Assembly (NCBI GenBank): GCA_035935335.1
Contig: DASYXF010000113.1
Coordinates: 6,463 to 70,462 of the forward strand
Direction: 5' to 3'
From: Candidatus Acidiferrum sp.
GTDB taxonomy: Bacteria; Acidobacteriota; Terriglobia; Acidiferrales; UBA7541
DNA: 64,000 bases
How positions within the stretch are numbered: position 1 is the stretch's first letter; every line of letters begins with the position of its first letter. Under the pieces are notes generated by a model. That model did not search any database. It had not been told where the DNA came from and saw nothing but the letters and a program-made list of their open reading frames with translations. Shown one piece after another: positions 10,259-20,580 of this stretch. Position numbers and translations under genes: made by a program.

Positions 10259-12184
10259 ATGTTTTCTGACCACGATAACCCCGTATCTTCCGCAGCAACC
10301 GCAGCAGCCCAGGAAAGCGAAACTCCACAAAACGCGGAAACCACCCCGGCAGCCGATGCCGCCGCTGCAGCCGCGCGCGTCGAGGCCGTGAAGCCCGAAG
10401 AGGCCCACGCGCACGCCGAAGCGCAGGCGCAGACCGCGGCGGTTGACGCCGAAGCCGCCGCTGCCGCCGAAGAGGCCGCGAGCGCGGAGGAGATGAGCAA
10501 GCTCATCGACCAGTACAGCGAGCCGCAGGAAGCCGCTCCGCAGAACGAAATTATTGAAGTGAAGGTGGTCGCGTACACCGAGCATGGAGTGGTGGTGGAC
10601 CTCGGCGGCAAGACCGAGGGCCTGATTCCCGCCTCTGAATTCACGGAAACGGAAATTCCCCGGCCGGACCCCAACGCCACCATCGAAGTGCAACGCACCG
10701 GTGAAACGAAGGACAGCTTCGTTATCGTCTCGTATCAAAAGGTGCTGCGTCGCCGCACTTGGGAAAAGCTGGACGCACAGTTCAAGGCCAAGGAAACGAT
10801 CACCGCGAAAGTTGTGGACCGCATCAAGGGCGGCCTGGTGGTAGACATCGGCGTTCGCGCGTTTCTTCCCGGCTCGCAGTATGACCTGCGCCCAACGTCG
10901 AACCTTGACGGACTGCTCGGGCACGAAGTGCAGGTGCGCATCACCAAGCTGAATCGCCGCCGCGGCAACGTGGTGGTCAGCCGCCGCGCGCTGCTGGAAG
11001 AAGAGCTGCACGCCAAGCGCGCCGAACTGATGGAGAAGCTGAGCGAAGGGCAAACCGTGCACGGCACGGTGAAGAACGTCACCGAGTATGGCGCCTTCGT
11101 GGATCTCGGCGGCATCGATGGCTTGCTGCACCTGACCGACATGAGCTGGGGCCGCGTGCGGCATCCGAGCGACGTGGTGAAGCCGGAGCAGGAACTCGAC
11201 GTCATCATCCTGAAGTTTGACAAGAGCAAGCAGCGCGTCTCGCTGGGTCTGAAGCAATTGCACAAAGATCCCTGGGTGGATGCGGGCGATCGGTACGGCG
11301 CAGGCGGAAAGTATCACGGCAAAGTTGTTGGCGTGGTGGATTACGGCGTATTCGTCGAGCTCGAACAAGGCGTCGAAGGCCTGGTGCACGTCACGGAAAT
11401 GTCGTGGTCGAAGAAGCCCACGCATCCCTCGAAGCTGGCGAAGGTCGGCGACGAAGTGGACGTAATCGTTCTGGACATCAAGCCGAGCGACCGCCGCGTT
11501 TCGCTGGGCATCAAGCAGGCGCAACCCGATCCCTGGCTGCTGGTGGCGGAGAAGTATCCCGTCGGCACCGTCGTGACCGGTAAGGTGCGCAACATTGCCG
11601 AGTTCGGCGCGTTTATCGAAATCGAAGAGGGCTTTGACGGGCTGGTGCACGTCGGCGACGTCAGCTGGACCGGGCGTGTGAAGAACCCGCACGAAGTGTT
11701 CAAGAAGGGCGAGCCGGTCACCGCGAAGGTGCTGCGCATTGATCCCGAGAACCGCCGGGTGTCGTTGGGCATGAAGCAGGTGAACGACATCTGGGGCGAC
11801 TGGTTCAAGCAGCACAAGGTGGGAGACATCGTGCGCGGCAAGGTGTCGCGCATCGCTACCTTCGGCGCGTTTGTCGAATTCGGCGAAAACATCGAAGGAC
11901 TCTGCCATAACACCGAAATCGAGGAGCGCAAGCGCCGCGATGAAGGCGTCGGCAACTTCCGCCCGTCAACGGGACCGCTGAAGAGCGCGGGCCCGCTGGA
12001 GCCCGGCAAAGAATACGATTTCAAGATCATCAAGATCAGCTCCGAAACGCGGCGCATCGGCTTGAGCTACCGCGCAGCCGTGCGGCAGATCGAGCGCAAG
12101 GAGATCGAGCAGTACAAGTCGTCGAAGTCTTCGGCGACGGCCACGATCGGCGATGCAATGAAGCAGAAGCTGGCTTCACGGTAG
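10259..12184 (+). CDS. rpsA: 30S ribosomal protein S1
   Basis: Six S1 repeats (e.g. YGAFVDLGGIDGLLHLTDMSW); Ala/Glu-rich N-terminal extension; GGAGG RBS. Confidence 0.97.
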   Translation: MFSDHDNPVSSAATAAAQESETPQNAETTPAADAAAAAARVEAVKPEEAHAHAEAQAQTAAVDAEAAAAAEEAASAEEMSKLIDQYSEPQEAAPQNEIIEVKVVAYTEHGVVVDLGGKTEGLIPASEFTETEIPRPDPNATIEVQRTGETKDSFVIVSYQKVLRRRTWEKLDAQFKAKETITAKVVDRIKGGLVVDIGVRAFLPGSQYDLRPTSNLDGLLGHEVQVRITKLNRRRGNVVVSRRALLEEELHAKRAELMEKLSEGQTVHGTVKNVTEYGAFVDLGGIDGLLHLTDMSWGRVRHPSDVVKPEQELDVIILKFDKSKQRVSLGLKQLHKDPWVDAGDRYGAGGKYHGKVVGVVDYGVFVELEQGVEGLVHVTEMSWSKKPTHPSKLAKVGDEVDVIVLDIKPSDRRVSLGIKQAQPDPWLLVAEKYPVGTVVTGKVRNIAEFGAFIEIEEGFDGLVHVGDVSWTGRVKNPHEVFKKGEPVTAKVLRIDPENRRVSLGMKQVNDIWGDWFKQHKVGDIVRGKVSRIATFGAFVEFGENIEGLCHNTEIEERKRRDEGVGNFRPSTGPLKSAGPLEPGKEYDFKIIKISSETRRIGLSYRAAVRQIERKEIEQYKSSKSSATATIGDAMKQKLASR

Positions 12185-12352
12185 CGCCGGGAGATTTCCT
12201 TTGCCCAGCCGGTTCATCAGATAAATTCATTTACCTGCGGGTCATTTTAATGATAGGAAGAGGGACATCCGGGCAGGGGATGTTCCTCTAAGTAGCCTCG
12301 CCCCATAGAGTTGTGCGGCACGAGTGGTTTCCGATTAAAGAGGCATAGACCG

Positions 12353-12682
12353 ATGACAAAGCAACCGACGCTCACGAAGGCCGATTTGATCGAGGAAGTG
12401 CTCCGGGTGACGGAGCTTCCGCGGAAAGAGTCGGAAACCATCGTCGAAACGATTTTCGAGAGCATCATTGACGCCTTGCAGAAGGGCGACAAAATCGAAA
12501 TTCGCGGCTTCGGCAGCTTTCGCACCCGGCAGCGCCGCGGCCGCATCGGGCGCAATCCGAAAACCGGAGAAAAGGTGGATGTGCCGGCAAAAAAGATTCC
12601 CTTCTTCAAGCCCAGCAAGGAACTGAAAGACTTTGTGAACACGTCAGCAAGCGCAGCACAGAGCGAAGCCGCCCCGTCGTGA
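12353..12682 (+). CDS. ihfB: HU / integration host factor beta-like DNA-binding protein
   Basis: TKADLIE...IEIRGFGSF...GRNPKTGEKV.VPAK..PFFKPSKELK; located after rpsA. Confidence 0.85.
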   Translation: MTKQPTLTKADLIEEVLRVTELPRKESETIVETIFESIIDALQKGDKIEIRGFGSFRTRQRRGRIGRNPKTGEKVDVPAKKIPFFKPSKELKDFVNTSASAAQSEAAPS

Positions 12683-12713
12683 GCTGAGCTTCCATCGATT
12701 TGAGAGAGTGACG

Positions 12714-12743
12714 ACGCCCCGGATTCACGGGGCGTTTTTGTTT
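12714..12743 (+). terminator. Intrinsic terminator after ihfB
   Basis: ACGCCCCG-GATTCA-CGGGGCGT followed by TTTTGTTT. Confidence 0.75.
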
Positions 12744-12753
12744 GGGGCGGAAG

Positions 12754-12862
12754 GTAATCAGTAATCAGATATCAGTAATCGGTAAGGGGCGATTAGAACA
12801 CGATCACTGCCGCGGCCTCCAAACACTGGCTCTTACTGATTGCCGATTACTGATTACTGATA
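12754..12862. repeat. Inverted pair of (GTAATCA)n heptamer arrays
   Basis: gtaatcagtaatcagatatcagtaatcggtaa (12754-12785) faces ttactgattgccgattactgattactga (12833-12860). Confidence 0.75.
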
Positions 12863-12924
12863 ACCTTTCGCTACTCAATTACGCTATCCTGACACCCGTA
12901 CAATCCACACGGCGGTGCCATTCG

Positions 12925-13413
12925 ATGGACTATCTCTGGACTCCCTGGCGTTACCAGTACATGGCGCAAGCGGCCGCGGGCCAGCAGCCGGAATGTATTT
13001 TTTGCGATGCAGTGAAGCGCAACCAGGACGGTGAAACGCTCATTGTCCATCGCGCTAAAAAATCTTTTGTCATCCTCAACCGATTCCCATACACCTCCGG
13101 CCACGTCATGATCGTTCCCTATGCGCATGTGGCGGAACTCCACTTTTGCGAACCGGGTGCGCTCGCTGAAATGATGGAACTCGCGCAGCGCATCGAAACG
13201 ATCTTCCGCGTGGGTTACAAACCTGACGGCATGAACCTGGGCATGAACCTCGGACGTGCCGCAGGGGCTGGTGTCGCCGGGCATCTCCACCTGCACATGT
13301 TGCCGCGGTGGATCGGCGATTCCAATTTCATGACGGTCACGGGAGAAACCCGCGTGCACCCCGAGGATTTGAAGACCACCTACGAACGCTTGAGCAAAGC
13401 GCTAAAGGCATAG
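12925..13413 (+). CDS. HIT-family protein (Ap4A phosphorylase/hydrolase-like)
   Basis: LWTPWR, CIFC, LNRFPYTSGH, HLHLH triad, PRWIGD. Confidence 0.92.
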   Translation: MDYLWTPWRYQYMAQAAAGQQPECIFCDAVKRNQDGETLIVHRAKKSFVILNRFPYTSGHVMIVPYAHVAELHFCEPGALAEMMELAQRIETIFRVGYKPDGMNLGMNLGRAAGAGVAGHLHLHMLPRWIGDSNFMTVTGETRVHPEDLKTTYERLSKALKA

Positions 13414-13416
13414 GTT

Positions 13417-13530
13417 TTTGAGTGTGGGAGCGAAGCTCCCGCTTTTACAATGCCAGCCGCACCGTCCAAAAGATAGTTTCGTTTCGAAACTTAGTCCGTA
13501 AAAGCGAAAGCTCTGCTTTCGCACTCAAAA
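13417..13530. repeat. REP-doublet/MITE-like element, copy 2
   Basis: tttgagtgtgggagcgaagctcccgctttt ... aaaagcgaaagctctgctttcgcactcaaaa. Confidence 0.7.
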
Positions 13531-13601
13531 TGTGACAACGGCTTGCGGCTCGGCTAAAATCGTAATTCAAAATTGCATTCGAACCGCGCCGGAGAATCCC
13601 C

Positions 13602-14744
13602 TTGAACCTGGAACTTAGCGAAGAACAAAAACTGTTGCAGAAGAGCGTGCGGGAATTCGCGGAATCCGAAGTGCGCCCGCTGGCGAAGGAGAACGATGAG
13701 ACCGGCCACTTCCCGCGGGAGCTTTTCCGTAAGGCTGCGGAACTTGGCTTGACCGGGGTGGCGTTTCCGGAGGCCGAAGGCGGAGCTGGCTTTGACCACA
13801 TCGCCTACACAATCGTCATCGAAGAAATTTCCCGATGCTGCGCCTCTACCGGCGTCATCCTGAGCGTGCAGAATTCCCTTTTTTGCGATCCGATTCATCG
13901 CTATGGCACCGACGAGCAGAAGAAGAAATTCCTGCTTCCTTTCACGCGCGGCGACAAAATTGGCTGCTACGCGCTGACGGAGCCACAAGCCGGGTCGAAT
14001 GCCGCGGCGCTGCAGACGAAAGCCGTGAAAAAGGGCGACACCTACGTGATCAACGGCACCAAGGCGTGGATCACCAACGGCGGCGTGGCCGATGCGGCGA
14101 TCGTCTACACAAACACAGATCCCGCGAAGGGCGAAAAAGGCATCACCGCCATCGTGGTGGAAAAGGGGACCCCCGGCTTCAAAGTGGGCAAAGAGGAAAA
14201 GAAACTCGGTATCAATGCTACGGCTTGCAGTGAGCTTGTTTTCACCGATTGCGTGGTGCCGGTCGGCAACCGCATCGGCAACGAAGGCGAAGGCTACAAG
14301 GTGGCGCTTTCGACGCTGGACGGCGGGCGCATCGGCATCGCCTCTCAGGCTGTCGGCATCGCGCAGGGAGCGTTTGAGGCGGCGCTGAAGTGGTCGCAGG
14401 AGCGCATGGCGTTCGGGCATCCCATCGCGCAGTTTCAGGCGATTCAATTCATGCTGGCCGATATGGCCACGGAAATTGACGCCGCGCGCCTGCTGGTGCG
14501 CAAGGCGGCGTGGAAGCAGGATTCCGGTGGGCGCTTCAGCCAGGAAGCCGCGACCGCAAAATTATTCGCCAGCGAGATGTCTACGCGAGTGGCGCATAAG
14601 GCAATTCAGATTCACGGCGGCTACGGCTATAGCAAGGAATACCCCGTCGAACGGGCGTATCGTGACGCGCGCATAACGGAGATTTACGAAGGCACCAGCG
14701 AGATTCAGCGGTTGGTGATTGCAGGCTGGCTTTTGAAATCGTAA
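13602..14744 (+). CDS. Acyl-CoA dehydrogenase (short-chain/butyryl type)
   Basis: YALTEPQAGSN, NGTKAWITN, QIHGGYGY and IYEGTSEIQR motifs. Confidence 0.95.
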   Translation: MNLELSEEQKLLQKSVREFAESEVRPLAKENDETGHFPRELFRKAAELGLTGVAFPEAEGGAGFDHIAYTIVIEEISRCCASTGVILSVQNSLFCDPIHRYGTDEQKKKFLLPFTRGDKIGCYALTEPQAGSNAAALQTKAVKKGDTYVINGTKAWITNGGVADAAIVYTNTDPAKGEKGITAIVVEKGTPGFKVGKEEKKLGINATACSELVFTDCVVPVGNRIGNEGEGYKVALSTLDGGRIGIASQAVGIAQGAFEAALKWSQERMAFGHPIAQFQAIQFMLADMATEIDAARLLVRKAAWKQDSGGRFSQEAATAKLFASEMSTRVAHKAIQIHGGYGYSKEYPVERAYRDARITEIYEGTSEIQRLVIAGWLLKS

Positions 14745-14835
14745 GTGACGATTCATGTGCTACGGCTGGCCGGCAGGATGCCGGCGCTACCCGGGGCGGA
14801 GAGCACGCAAAAACGCTCCGTAGTATCCTGACGTT

Positions 14836-16008
14836 GTGCTGGAACTCGACGCCGGGCTCGAATTCAATCCTGAACACGACGAGGAATTTTTCTCCCTGCT
14901 GCCGGAGCGGCCCGCGGTTTGCCTGACTGAGGCTCATGAAGAAAAGGCCGAGCCGCATCTGATTCGCACGGCAAATCTGCGCCGCCGCCTGCAACGCCTG
15001 TTAGGCCCTCTCGATCCCGCGAGCAAACGTCTTAACCTGCGCGGCTTTGCGCACCAGGTACGCTATCGCGTCACCAATTCCGCTTTCGAACAGTCGCTCA
15101 CTTACTACCAGATTGCGAAGCAGCGATTTCCGAAACGTTATCGTGACCTGATGCGGCTGCGGCCTTCACCCGTTTTGAAGATCAGCCTCAAGAACGCTTA
15201 CCCGCGCTGTTACGTCACGCGGCACATTCCCGTGAACGAACAGGGCGTGCCCACCGGCGGTATTTACTACGGCCCGTTTGCCTCGCGCCGCGCCGCGCAG
15301 GTTTACGCCGACAGCGTGCTGGATTTTTTCAAGGTGCGCCGCTGCCAGATCAAGATTCGCCGCGACCCCACGTTTCCCGGCTGCCTCTATTCGGAAATGA
15401 AAATGTGCCTGGCGCCGTGTTTTGCCGGCTGCAGCAAGGAAGAATACGACGTGGAAGTAAATCGCCTGGTGGGATTTCTGGAAACTGGCGGTGCGTCGCT
15501 GCGCGCGGCGTTCGAACAGGAACGGGAACGAGCCAGCGAGGATCTCGATTTCGAACGCGCCGCGGCGATTCACAAAAAGCTGGAAAAATTGGATGATGCC
15601 TTGCGGGCCGGGCCGGAAGTGGCGCGGCGGGTGCAGGACCTCGACGCCGTGATCCTGCAGCGCACGGCGGAAGAACAAACCATCGGACTTTTCGGCGTGC
15701 GCGGCGGCAGGCTCGCCACGCCGTATGCGTTGCGATTTGGGGATACCAGCCAGCCGCGTTCCGCCGAGGAAGCGGTGCGTGATTATCTCGAGGCAATGAT
15801 GATCGCGCCGCCCGCCGCGGCCACTCCCAAGCAATCCGCAACCGAATTGGGGGAGCACCTGCGCCTGGTGGCTCGCTGGTTTTACAGCAACCCGCGCGAA
15901 GGGGAGATTTTCTTTCGCGAAAAGGACTGGCCGTACCGGAGAATTCTGCGGGCGTGTTCGCGTTTGCTGGCACCGCCGAAAGAAGAAGCCAACGAATTGA
16001 GTAAATAG
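14836..16008 (+). CDS. UvrC-related (Cho-like) protein with Cys cluster and UVR domain
   Basis: YYGPF, C-x-...GCLYSEMKMCLAPC and DLDFERAAAIH (UVR). The canonical C-terminal RNase H/HhH part is not recognisable. Confidence 0.7.
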   Translation: MLELDAGLEFNPEHDEEFFSLLPERPAVCLTEAHEEKAEPHLIRTANLRRRLQRLLGPLDPASKRLNLRGFAHQVRYRVTNSAFEQSLTYYQIAKQRFPKRYRDLMRLRPSPVLKISLKNAYPRCYVTRHIPVNEQGVPTGGIYYGPFASRRAAQVYADSVLDFFKVRRCQIKIRRDPTFPGCLYSEMKMCLAPCFAGCSKEEYDVEVNRLVGFLETGGASLRAAFEQERERASEDLDFERAAAIHKKLEKLDDALRAGPEVARRVQDLDAVILQRTAEEQTIGLFGVRGGRLATPYALRFGDTSQPRSAEEAVRDYLEAMMIAPPAAATPKQSATELGEHLRLVARWFYSNPREGEIFFREKDWPYRRILRACSRLLAPPKEEANELSK

Positions 16009-16094
16009 AGGGACAATCAAAAGGCAAAGAGAAGACTTCGCACAGAGTGCATAGAGAAAGAGCGCAGAGGTCACAGAGCAGAGAGGAAATTGAG

Positions 16095-17204
16095 ATGAGC
16101 CAGGGTGCTACGCCAGAAGGAACGCAACGTTACGCGGACAAATTCAAGGAGATCGCCGCCGAGGGACACTTTCGAAAGGCACAGGGACTCACCGTCTCTT
16201 CGCTCGGCGTCGGCACGTACCTTGGCCAGCCCACGGACAGCACCGACGCGAGTTATGCCGCGGCCCTCGTCGAGGCTGGTCTCGCAGGCTTCAATGTGTT
16301 TGATACGGCGATCAATTACCGTTTTCAGCGCAGTGAGCGCAACGTCGGCACAGCGCTGAAGGTACTGGCGAACAAAGGACTGGCACGCGACGAATTCGTC
16401 GTCTGCACCAAGGGCGGTTATCTCACGCCCGACGGAGCAATGCCTGCCGATGCCAACCGCTATTTTTTTGACGAATACATCCAGCGCGGCGTGTTCACCG
16501 CTAAGGAAGTGGCCGCGGGGTGCCATTGCATGGCCACCCGCTTCCTGGAAAACCAACTTAACCGCAGCTTGAAGAATCTGGGCGTCGGTTGCATTGACGT
16601 CTATTACCTGCACAATCCCGAAACGCAGCTCGGCGAAATTCCGCGCCCGGAATTCTTGAACCGCGTGCGCCAGGCGTTTGAATTTCTGGAGTCAGCCGCC
16701 ACCGCGAGGAAAATCCAGTTTTATGGCATGGCCACATGGAACGGTTTCCGCCAGGAAGCGAAGGCCGCCGATTCCCTTTTTCTCAGCGAACTTGTGAAAA
16801 TCGCACGGGAGATTGCGGGGGACGCGCACCATTTCCGTTTCGTGCAGTTGCCCTACAACCTGGCGATGACGGAAGCCTTGACCCTGGGCAATCAAACCGT
16901 TGAGGGTGTGACGCGCACAATGATGGAGGCGGCCGGCGATCTGGGCATCACGCTGGTGGCCAGCGCCTCGCTACTGCAGGGGCAACTCTCGCAGAATCTG
17001 CCCGCGTTTGTGGCCGAAGCGCTGGGACTGCACAACGACCTTGAAAGGGCGCTGCAGTTTGCGCGCTCTTCGCCGGGAATTACAACAGCGCTGGTGGGAA
17101 TGTCGCGCGCCGCGCACGTGGAAGCAAATGCGAAACTCGTCGGCGTGAAACCCGCCGGTATTGACGAGTTCCGCAAACTTTTTGAGCGCGGCGAGTCGGC
17201 CTAG
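16095..17204 (+). CDS. Aldo/keto reductase
   Basis: SSLGVGT, DTAINY, TKGG, IDVYYLHNP and QLPYNL motifs. Confidence 0.9.
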   Translation: MSQGATPEGTQRYADKFKEIAAEGHFRKAQGLTVSSLGVGTYLGQPTDSTDASYAAALVEAGLAGFNVFDTAINYRFQRSERNVGTALKVLANKGLARDEFVVCTKGGYLTPDGAMPADANRYFFDEYIQRGVFTAKEVAAGCHCMATRFLENQLNRSLKNLGVGCIDVYYLHNPETQLGEIPRPEFLNRVRQAFEFLESAATARKIQFYGMATWNGFRQEAKAADSLFLSELVKIAREIAGDAHHFRFVQLPYNLAMTEALTLGNQTVEGVTRTMMEAAGDLGITLVASASLLQGQLSQNLPAFVAEALGLHNDLERALQFARSSPGITTALVGMSRAAHVEANAKLVGVKPAGIDEFRKLFERGESA

Positions 17205-17223
17205 TTCACCCAACTCAGCAACG

Positions 17224-17400
17224 TGTCATCCTTCAGCTATCCGACGAGGTCCGGTTTCTGGACTCCGGTGGAAACGGGCATATTCGGAAAAACCGGACTC
17301 CACAAACCGGAGATAGCTGAAGGATCCCACCGCTAAAATCTTGCACAGTGTAGAAGTTGAGGTCCTTCGAGACGCAAACGGCGCGCCTCTCAGGATGACA
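17224..17400. repeat. GTCATC...GATGAC palindromic element with nested ~62-bp hairpin insertion
   Basis: Outer tgtcatcct / aggatgaca; inner cttcagctatc / gatagctgaag; innermost ccggtttctggactccggt / accggactccacaaaccgg. Confidence 0.7.
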
Positions 17401-17466
17401 AAGTTTTTTGAGGGTTGCCATTCTCAGCGTATGCCGATCGAATGAAACGCGAGTGCGAGAACCGCC

Positions 17467-18129
17467 CTAATTGGACCGCAGCGAGGGATGCCGTTCGGTC
17501 AACCAAGCGGCGATGGCGGCGTTGAACTCGTCGAGACGGCCGGCGAAGAAGTGGTCGGCGTTTTCCACGACAACCAAGCGTTTTTCTCCCTGGAGCGACG
17601 CTATCACTTCCTCCACTTTTGTTCGCGTGCCGAACTGATCGTTCGCGCCGTGAATAAAGAGCTTCGGCTTGGGGCAATCGGTCAGAAAGGAAAAATCGCT
17701 GCTGTTAACCGGGATGCCTAGTCCGATCAGTTCGCTTACCCGGGCATCGCGGCAACCCACGCGAAGGCCCACGACGCTTCCGAAACTGAACCCGCCGAGA
17801 AGCAGCGGAATGCCCGGAAATTGTGCAGCCAGAAAATCGACCGCCGCCTGCACATCTCCCTGTTCGCCGCGTCCTTTGTCGTGCTCCCCCGCGCTCAAAC
17901 CCGCTCCGCGGAAATTAAAGCGCAGCACTGGGATTCCCAGGGCATCCATCTTTTTCGCTGCGTTATAGACGACCCTGTTGTGCATCGTTCCGCCAAAGAG
18001 CGGGTGCGGATGGCAAATGACCGCTGCCAGCAAGGGGGAAGCTGCTTGCACTGGCGTCCAGAGAATAGCCTCCAGGCGGCCAGCGGGGCCTTCCAGGAAC
18101 AGGTTTTGTGATTCGTGAACAGTCTGCAT
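17467..18129 (-). CDS. Alpha/beta-fold hydrolase
   Basis: CHPHPLFGGTM, RFNFRGAG, GFSFGS nucleophile elbow, ADHFF; ATG at 18129. Confidence 0.9.
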   Translation of the reverse strand: MQTVHESQNLFLEGPAGRLEAILWTPVQAASPLLAAVICHPHPLFGGTMHNRVVYNAAKKMDALGIPVLRFNFRGAGLSAGEHDKGRGEQGDVQAAVDFLAAQFPGIPLLLGGFSFGSVVGLRVGCRDARVSELIGLGIPVNSSDFSFLTDCPKPKLFIHGANDQFGTRTKVEEVIASLQGEKRLVVVENADHFFAGRLDEFNAAIAAWLTERHPSLRSN

Positions 18130-18308
18130 TTGGGAATTAATCAACAAAAGTGTACCCGAAATGGAACCTTCCGCCGAATCCCGGGGTGCTAGTTCTAGGC
18201 CGCCCACTACGCGATGTGCTCGTACTAGTGCTAAATTGTGGCAGTTTGACATTGCAGTTTGTTGTTCCCGATGATAATTTCGCCACGTTCGGCAATCCAG
18301 GGGGCTGA

Positions 18309-18644
18309 ATGGGCGATCTTTCCGACCGACGCGAAGCCCGGCGATTCTCGATGAATTTGCCAGTGCGTGTGCTTGTAAACGACGCGAATGGCCCGGAGCT
18401 CAAGGCCAACACACGCGACGTCAGCTATCGCGGATTGTATTTTCTTGTTGAAGCGCCCTTCGAGAAGGGCAACGAGATTGATTTTATCCTGACGCTTCCC
18501 CAGCAGATTATTTCCGCGGGCGACGTGAACATCCGCTGTCACGGCAGCGTGGTGCGCGTAGAGACCGACGAGCACGGCAAAACGGGCATCGCCGCCAAAA
18601 TCGAAAAATACGAATTCATCCCCGCGCGAGCCTCCGCCGCGTAG
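18309..18644 (+). CDS. PilZ-domain protein
   Basis: RRxxRR (DRREARRF) and DVSxxG (RDVSYRG) c-di-GMP-binding motifs. Confidence 0.85.
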   Translation: MGDLSDRREARRFSMNLPVRVLVNDANGPELKANTRDVSYRGLYFLVEAPFEKGNEIDFILTLPQQIISAGDVNIRCHGSVVRVETDEHGKTGIAAKIEKYEFIPARASAA

Positions 18645-18685
18645 TGCTACGCACCACAATTCTTAACCCCATCGTTCCCATCCGA

Positions 18686-19054
18686 TCATTGGGTGGCAGC
18701 CCAGTCAATGACAACCGACATCTCTGTCTCTATCGATCCACAACAGGCGGGACGCACCTTGTAATTCCAACGACGGACTGCATCGACAACTTTCTTGTCA
18801 ATATCGGAAACGCCCGAACTGCGAACCAGGACGACGTTTGAAACTGCACCATCTTCATTGATTTGGAACCAAATGAATGGGTGCCTCTTGTAGCTCTCAT
18901 CAGCAAGGATCTTGAACGGACCCCTGGGGAACGACCCGTTAGCGCGAGTCGTATTTTTGCACTCTGGCGGCAGGGCCTTCTTTTGTGCTTCTTGAGTTCG
19001 ACAAGTGCTGCCCAAAGCGAAAAACAAGAGTAAGAGCGCAGATTTGGTTTTCAT
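18686..19054 (-). CDS. Small exported TonB C-terminal-domain protein
   Basis: Signal peptide; FQINEDGAVSNVVLVRSSG..DIDKKVVDAVRRWNY. Confidence 0.75.
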   Translation of the reverse strand: MKTKSALLLLFFALGSTCRTQEAQKKALPPECKNTTRANGSFPRGPFKILADESYKRHPFIWFQINEDGAVSNVVLVRSSGVSDIDKKVVDAVRRWNYKVRPACCGSIETEMSVVIDWAATQ

Positions 19055-19133
19055 GAATATTTAGACACCGCTGAGCGTAGAATGGGGCCTTAGCGTATCG
19101 CATGGTCGGGCGGGCGAAGCCCAAGGGGGCATT

Positions 19134-19361
19134 ATGTATCACTACAACCCGGAAATTGCTTTGGAAGAATTAAAGGAAGACGCGATGCTGCCGCATCCGG
19201 TGAAACTGCGCGACATGATTCTGCGCAACCAACTGGGGCCGCAGGATGCGCAACTGCTGAATCACGACTTCCAGGAATATCTGACACGTTTCGGGGAACT
19301 GCAAAAACTCGCAGGCGGAATCCTGGACAAGCTGGCAAACGGGCAGCGGAAGACGGCCTGA
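19134..19361 (+). CDS. Hypothetical protein (75 aa)
   Basis: Typical codon usage, RBS AGGGGG, first gene of the run to panE. Confidence 0.7.
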   Translation: MYHYNPEIALEELKEDAMLPHPVKLRDMILRNQLGPQDAQLLNHDFQEYLTRFGELQKLAGGILDKLANGQRKTA

Positions 19362-19373
19362 CGGCGCCGCCGC

Positions 19374-20531
19374 ATGAGCATTTCTCTTTCTCTGAACCGG
19401 AAGCCCCGCGTCCTGATCCTTTCCGCATCCTCTGGCGCGGGCCACGTGCGAGCCGCGCAGGCGCTGGAAAAAGCGTTTAGCGCACGGGGCGATTGCAAAG
19501 TGGAGCACATTGACGCGCTCCAGCACGTCACCAAACTTTTCCAGCGCCTCTACGACAAAGCCTACATCCGCATGGTGCGCCGCGCGCCGGACCTGATGGG
19601 CCTGCTCTACGAACAGACCGACAAGCCCTGGCGTCACCCGCGCCAACGCCTGGCGATGGATCGCCTGAACACCCAGCCCATGATCCGCCTGCTGAAGAAA
19701 ATTCAGCCGGACCTGTGCGTGGCCACGCATTTTCTGCCCGCGGAGATCCTGGCCTGGCTGATCGCGAAAAAGAAAATGCAGGCGCGCCACGCCATCGTGG
19801 TGACCGACTACGACGTCCATGCCCTGTGGCTGTGCCGCACCGTGGACCGCTACTACGTGGCGATGCAGGAGTCGCTCGAATACCTGGCCAACATCGGCGT
19901 GCCGCGCGAAAAGTTGCACGTCACAGGAATCCCCATCGATCCGCTCTTCGAAAAACCTGTGAGCGCCAGCGACGCGCGCAAGAAATTGAGCTTGTCGGCA
20001 AACGAACCGGTTTTGCTCCTATCCGCGGGAGGCTACGGCATAGGACCGCTGGAGCAACTTGTGAAGGATCTGCTGGCCACACAACGGCCCTGGCAAATTG
20101 TTGCGATCGCGGGAAAATCGGAGCCATTGAAAAAACGTCTGGATACTCTAAGCAAAGGCGCAGGAAAAACGCCGTCGGGCCAGACTCGCCTGGTTCCCGT
20201 GGGATTCACAACCGAGATGGACCAGTACATGGCGGCAGCGGACCTGCTGATCGGAAAGGCCGGCGGTTTGACCACTTCCGAAGCCCTGGCGCGCGAACTG
20301 CCCATGGCTCTTGTCGAGCCGATCCCCGGCCAGGAAGAACGCAACGCGGATCACCTCCTCGAAGCCGGCGCCGCGATCCGCTGCAACAATCTCCCGGCGG
20401 CGGCTTGGAAAATTGCCAGGCTGTTTGACCAACCGGAAAAATTGCGCTCAATGAAGCAAGCCGCGCGAGCCATGGCGCACCAGGACGCCGCGCGCGTGAT
20501 CGCACAGGACGCGCTGGGGCTGTTACACTAG
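19374..20531 (+). CDS. MGDG synthase/UgtP-like glycosyltransferase (GT28)
   Basis: SASSGAGHVRAA, VVTDY..H..W, TGIPI, KAGGLT..EA and PGQEERN motifs. Confidence 0.9.
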   Translation: MSISLSLNRKPRVLILSASSGAGHVRAAQALEKAFSARGDCKVEHIDALQHVTKLFQRLYDKAYIRMVRRAPDLMGLLYEQTDKPWRHPRQRLAMDRLNTQPMIRLLKKIQPDLCVATHFLPAEILAWLIAKKKMQARHAIVVTDYDVHALWLCRTVDRYYVAMQESLEYLANIGVPREKLHVTGIPIDPLFEKPVSASDARKKLSLSANEPVLLLSAGGYGIGPLEQLVKDLLATQRPWQIVAIAGKSEPLKKRLDTLSKGAGKTPSGQTRLVPVGFTTEMDQYMAAADLLIGKAGGLTTSEALARELPMALVEPIPGQEERNADHLLEAGAAIRCNNLPAAAWKIARLFDQPEKLRSMKQAARAMAHQDAARVIAQDALGLLH

Positions 20532-20580
20532 AATTTCGCATTGTCTGGGGCGTCGCAAAGCAAGCTGACCCTTCGAGCTT

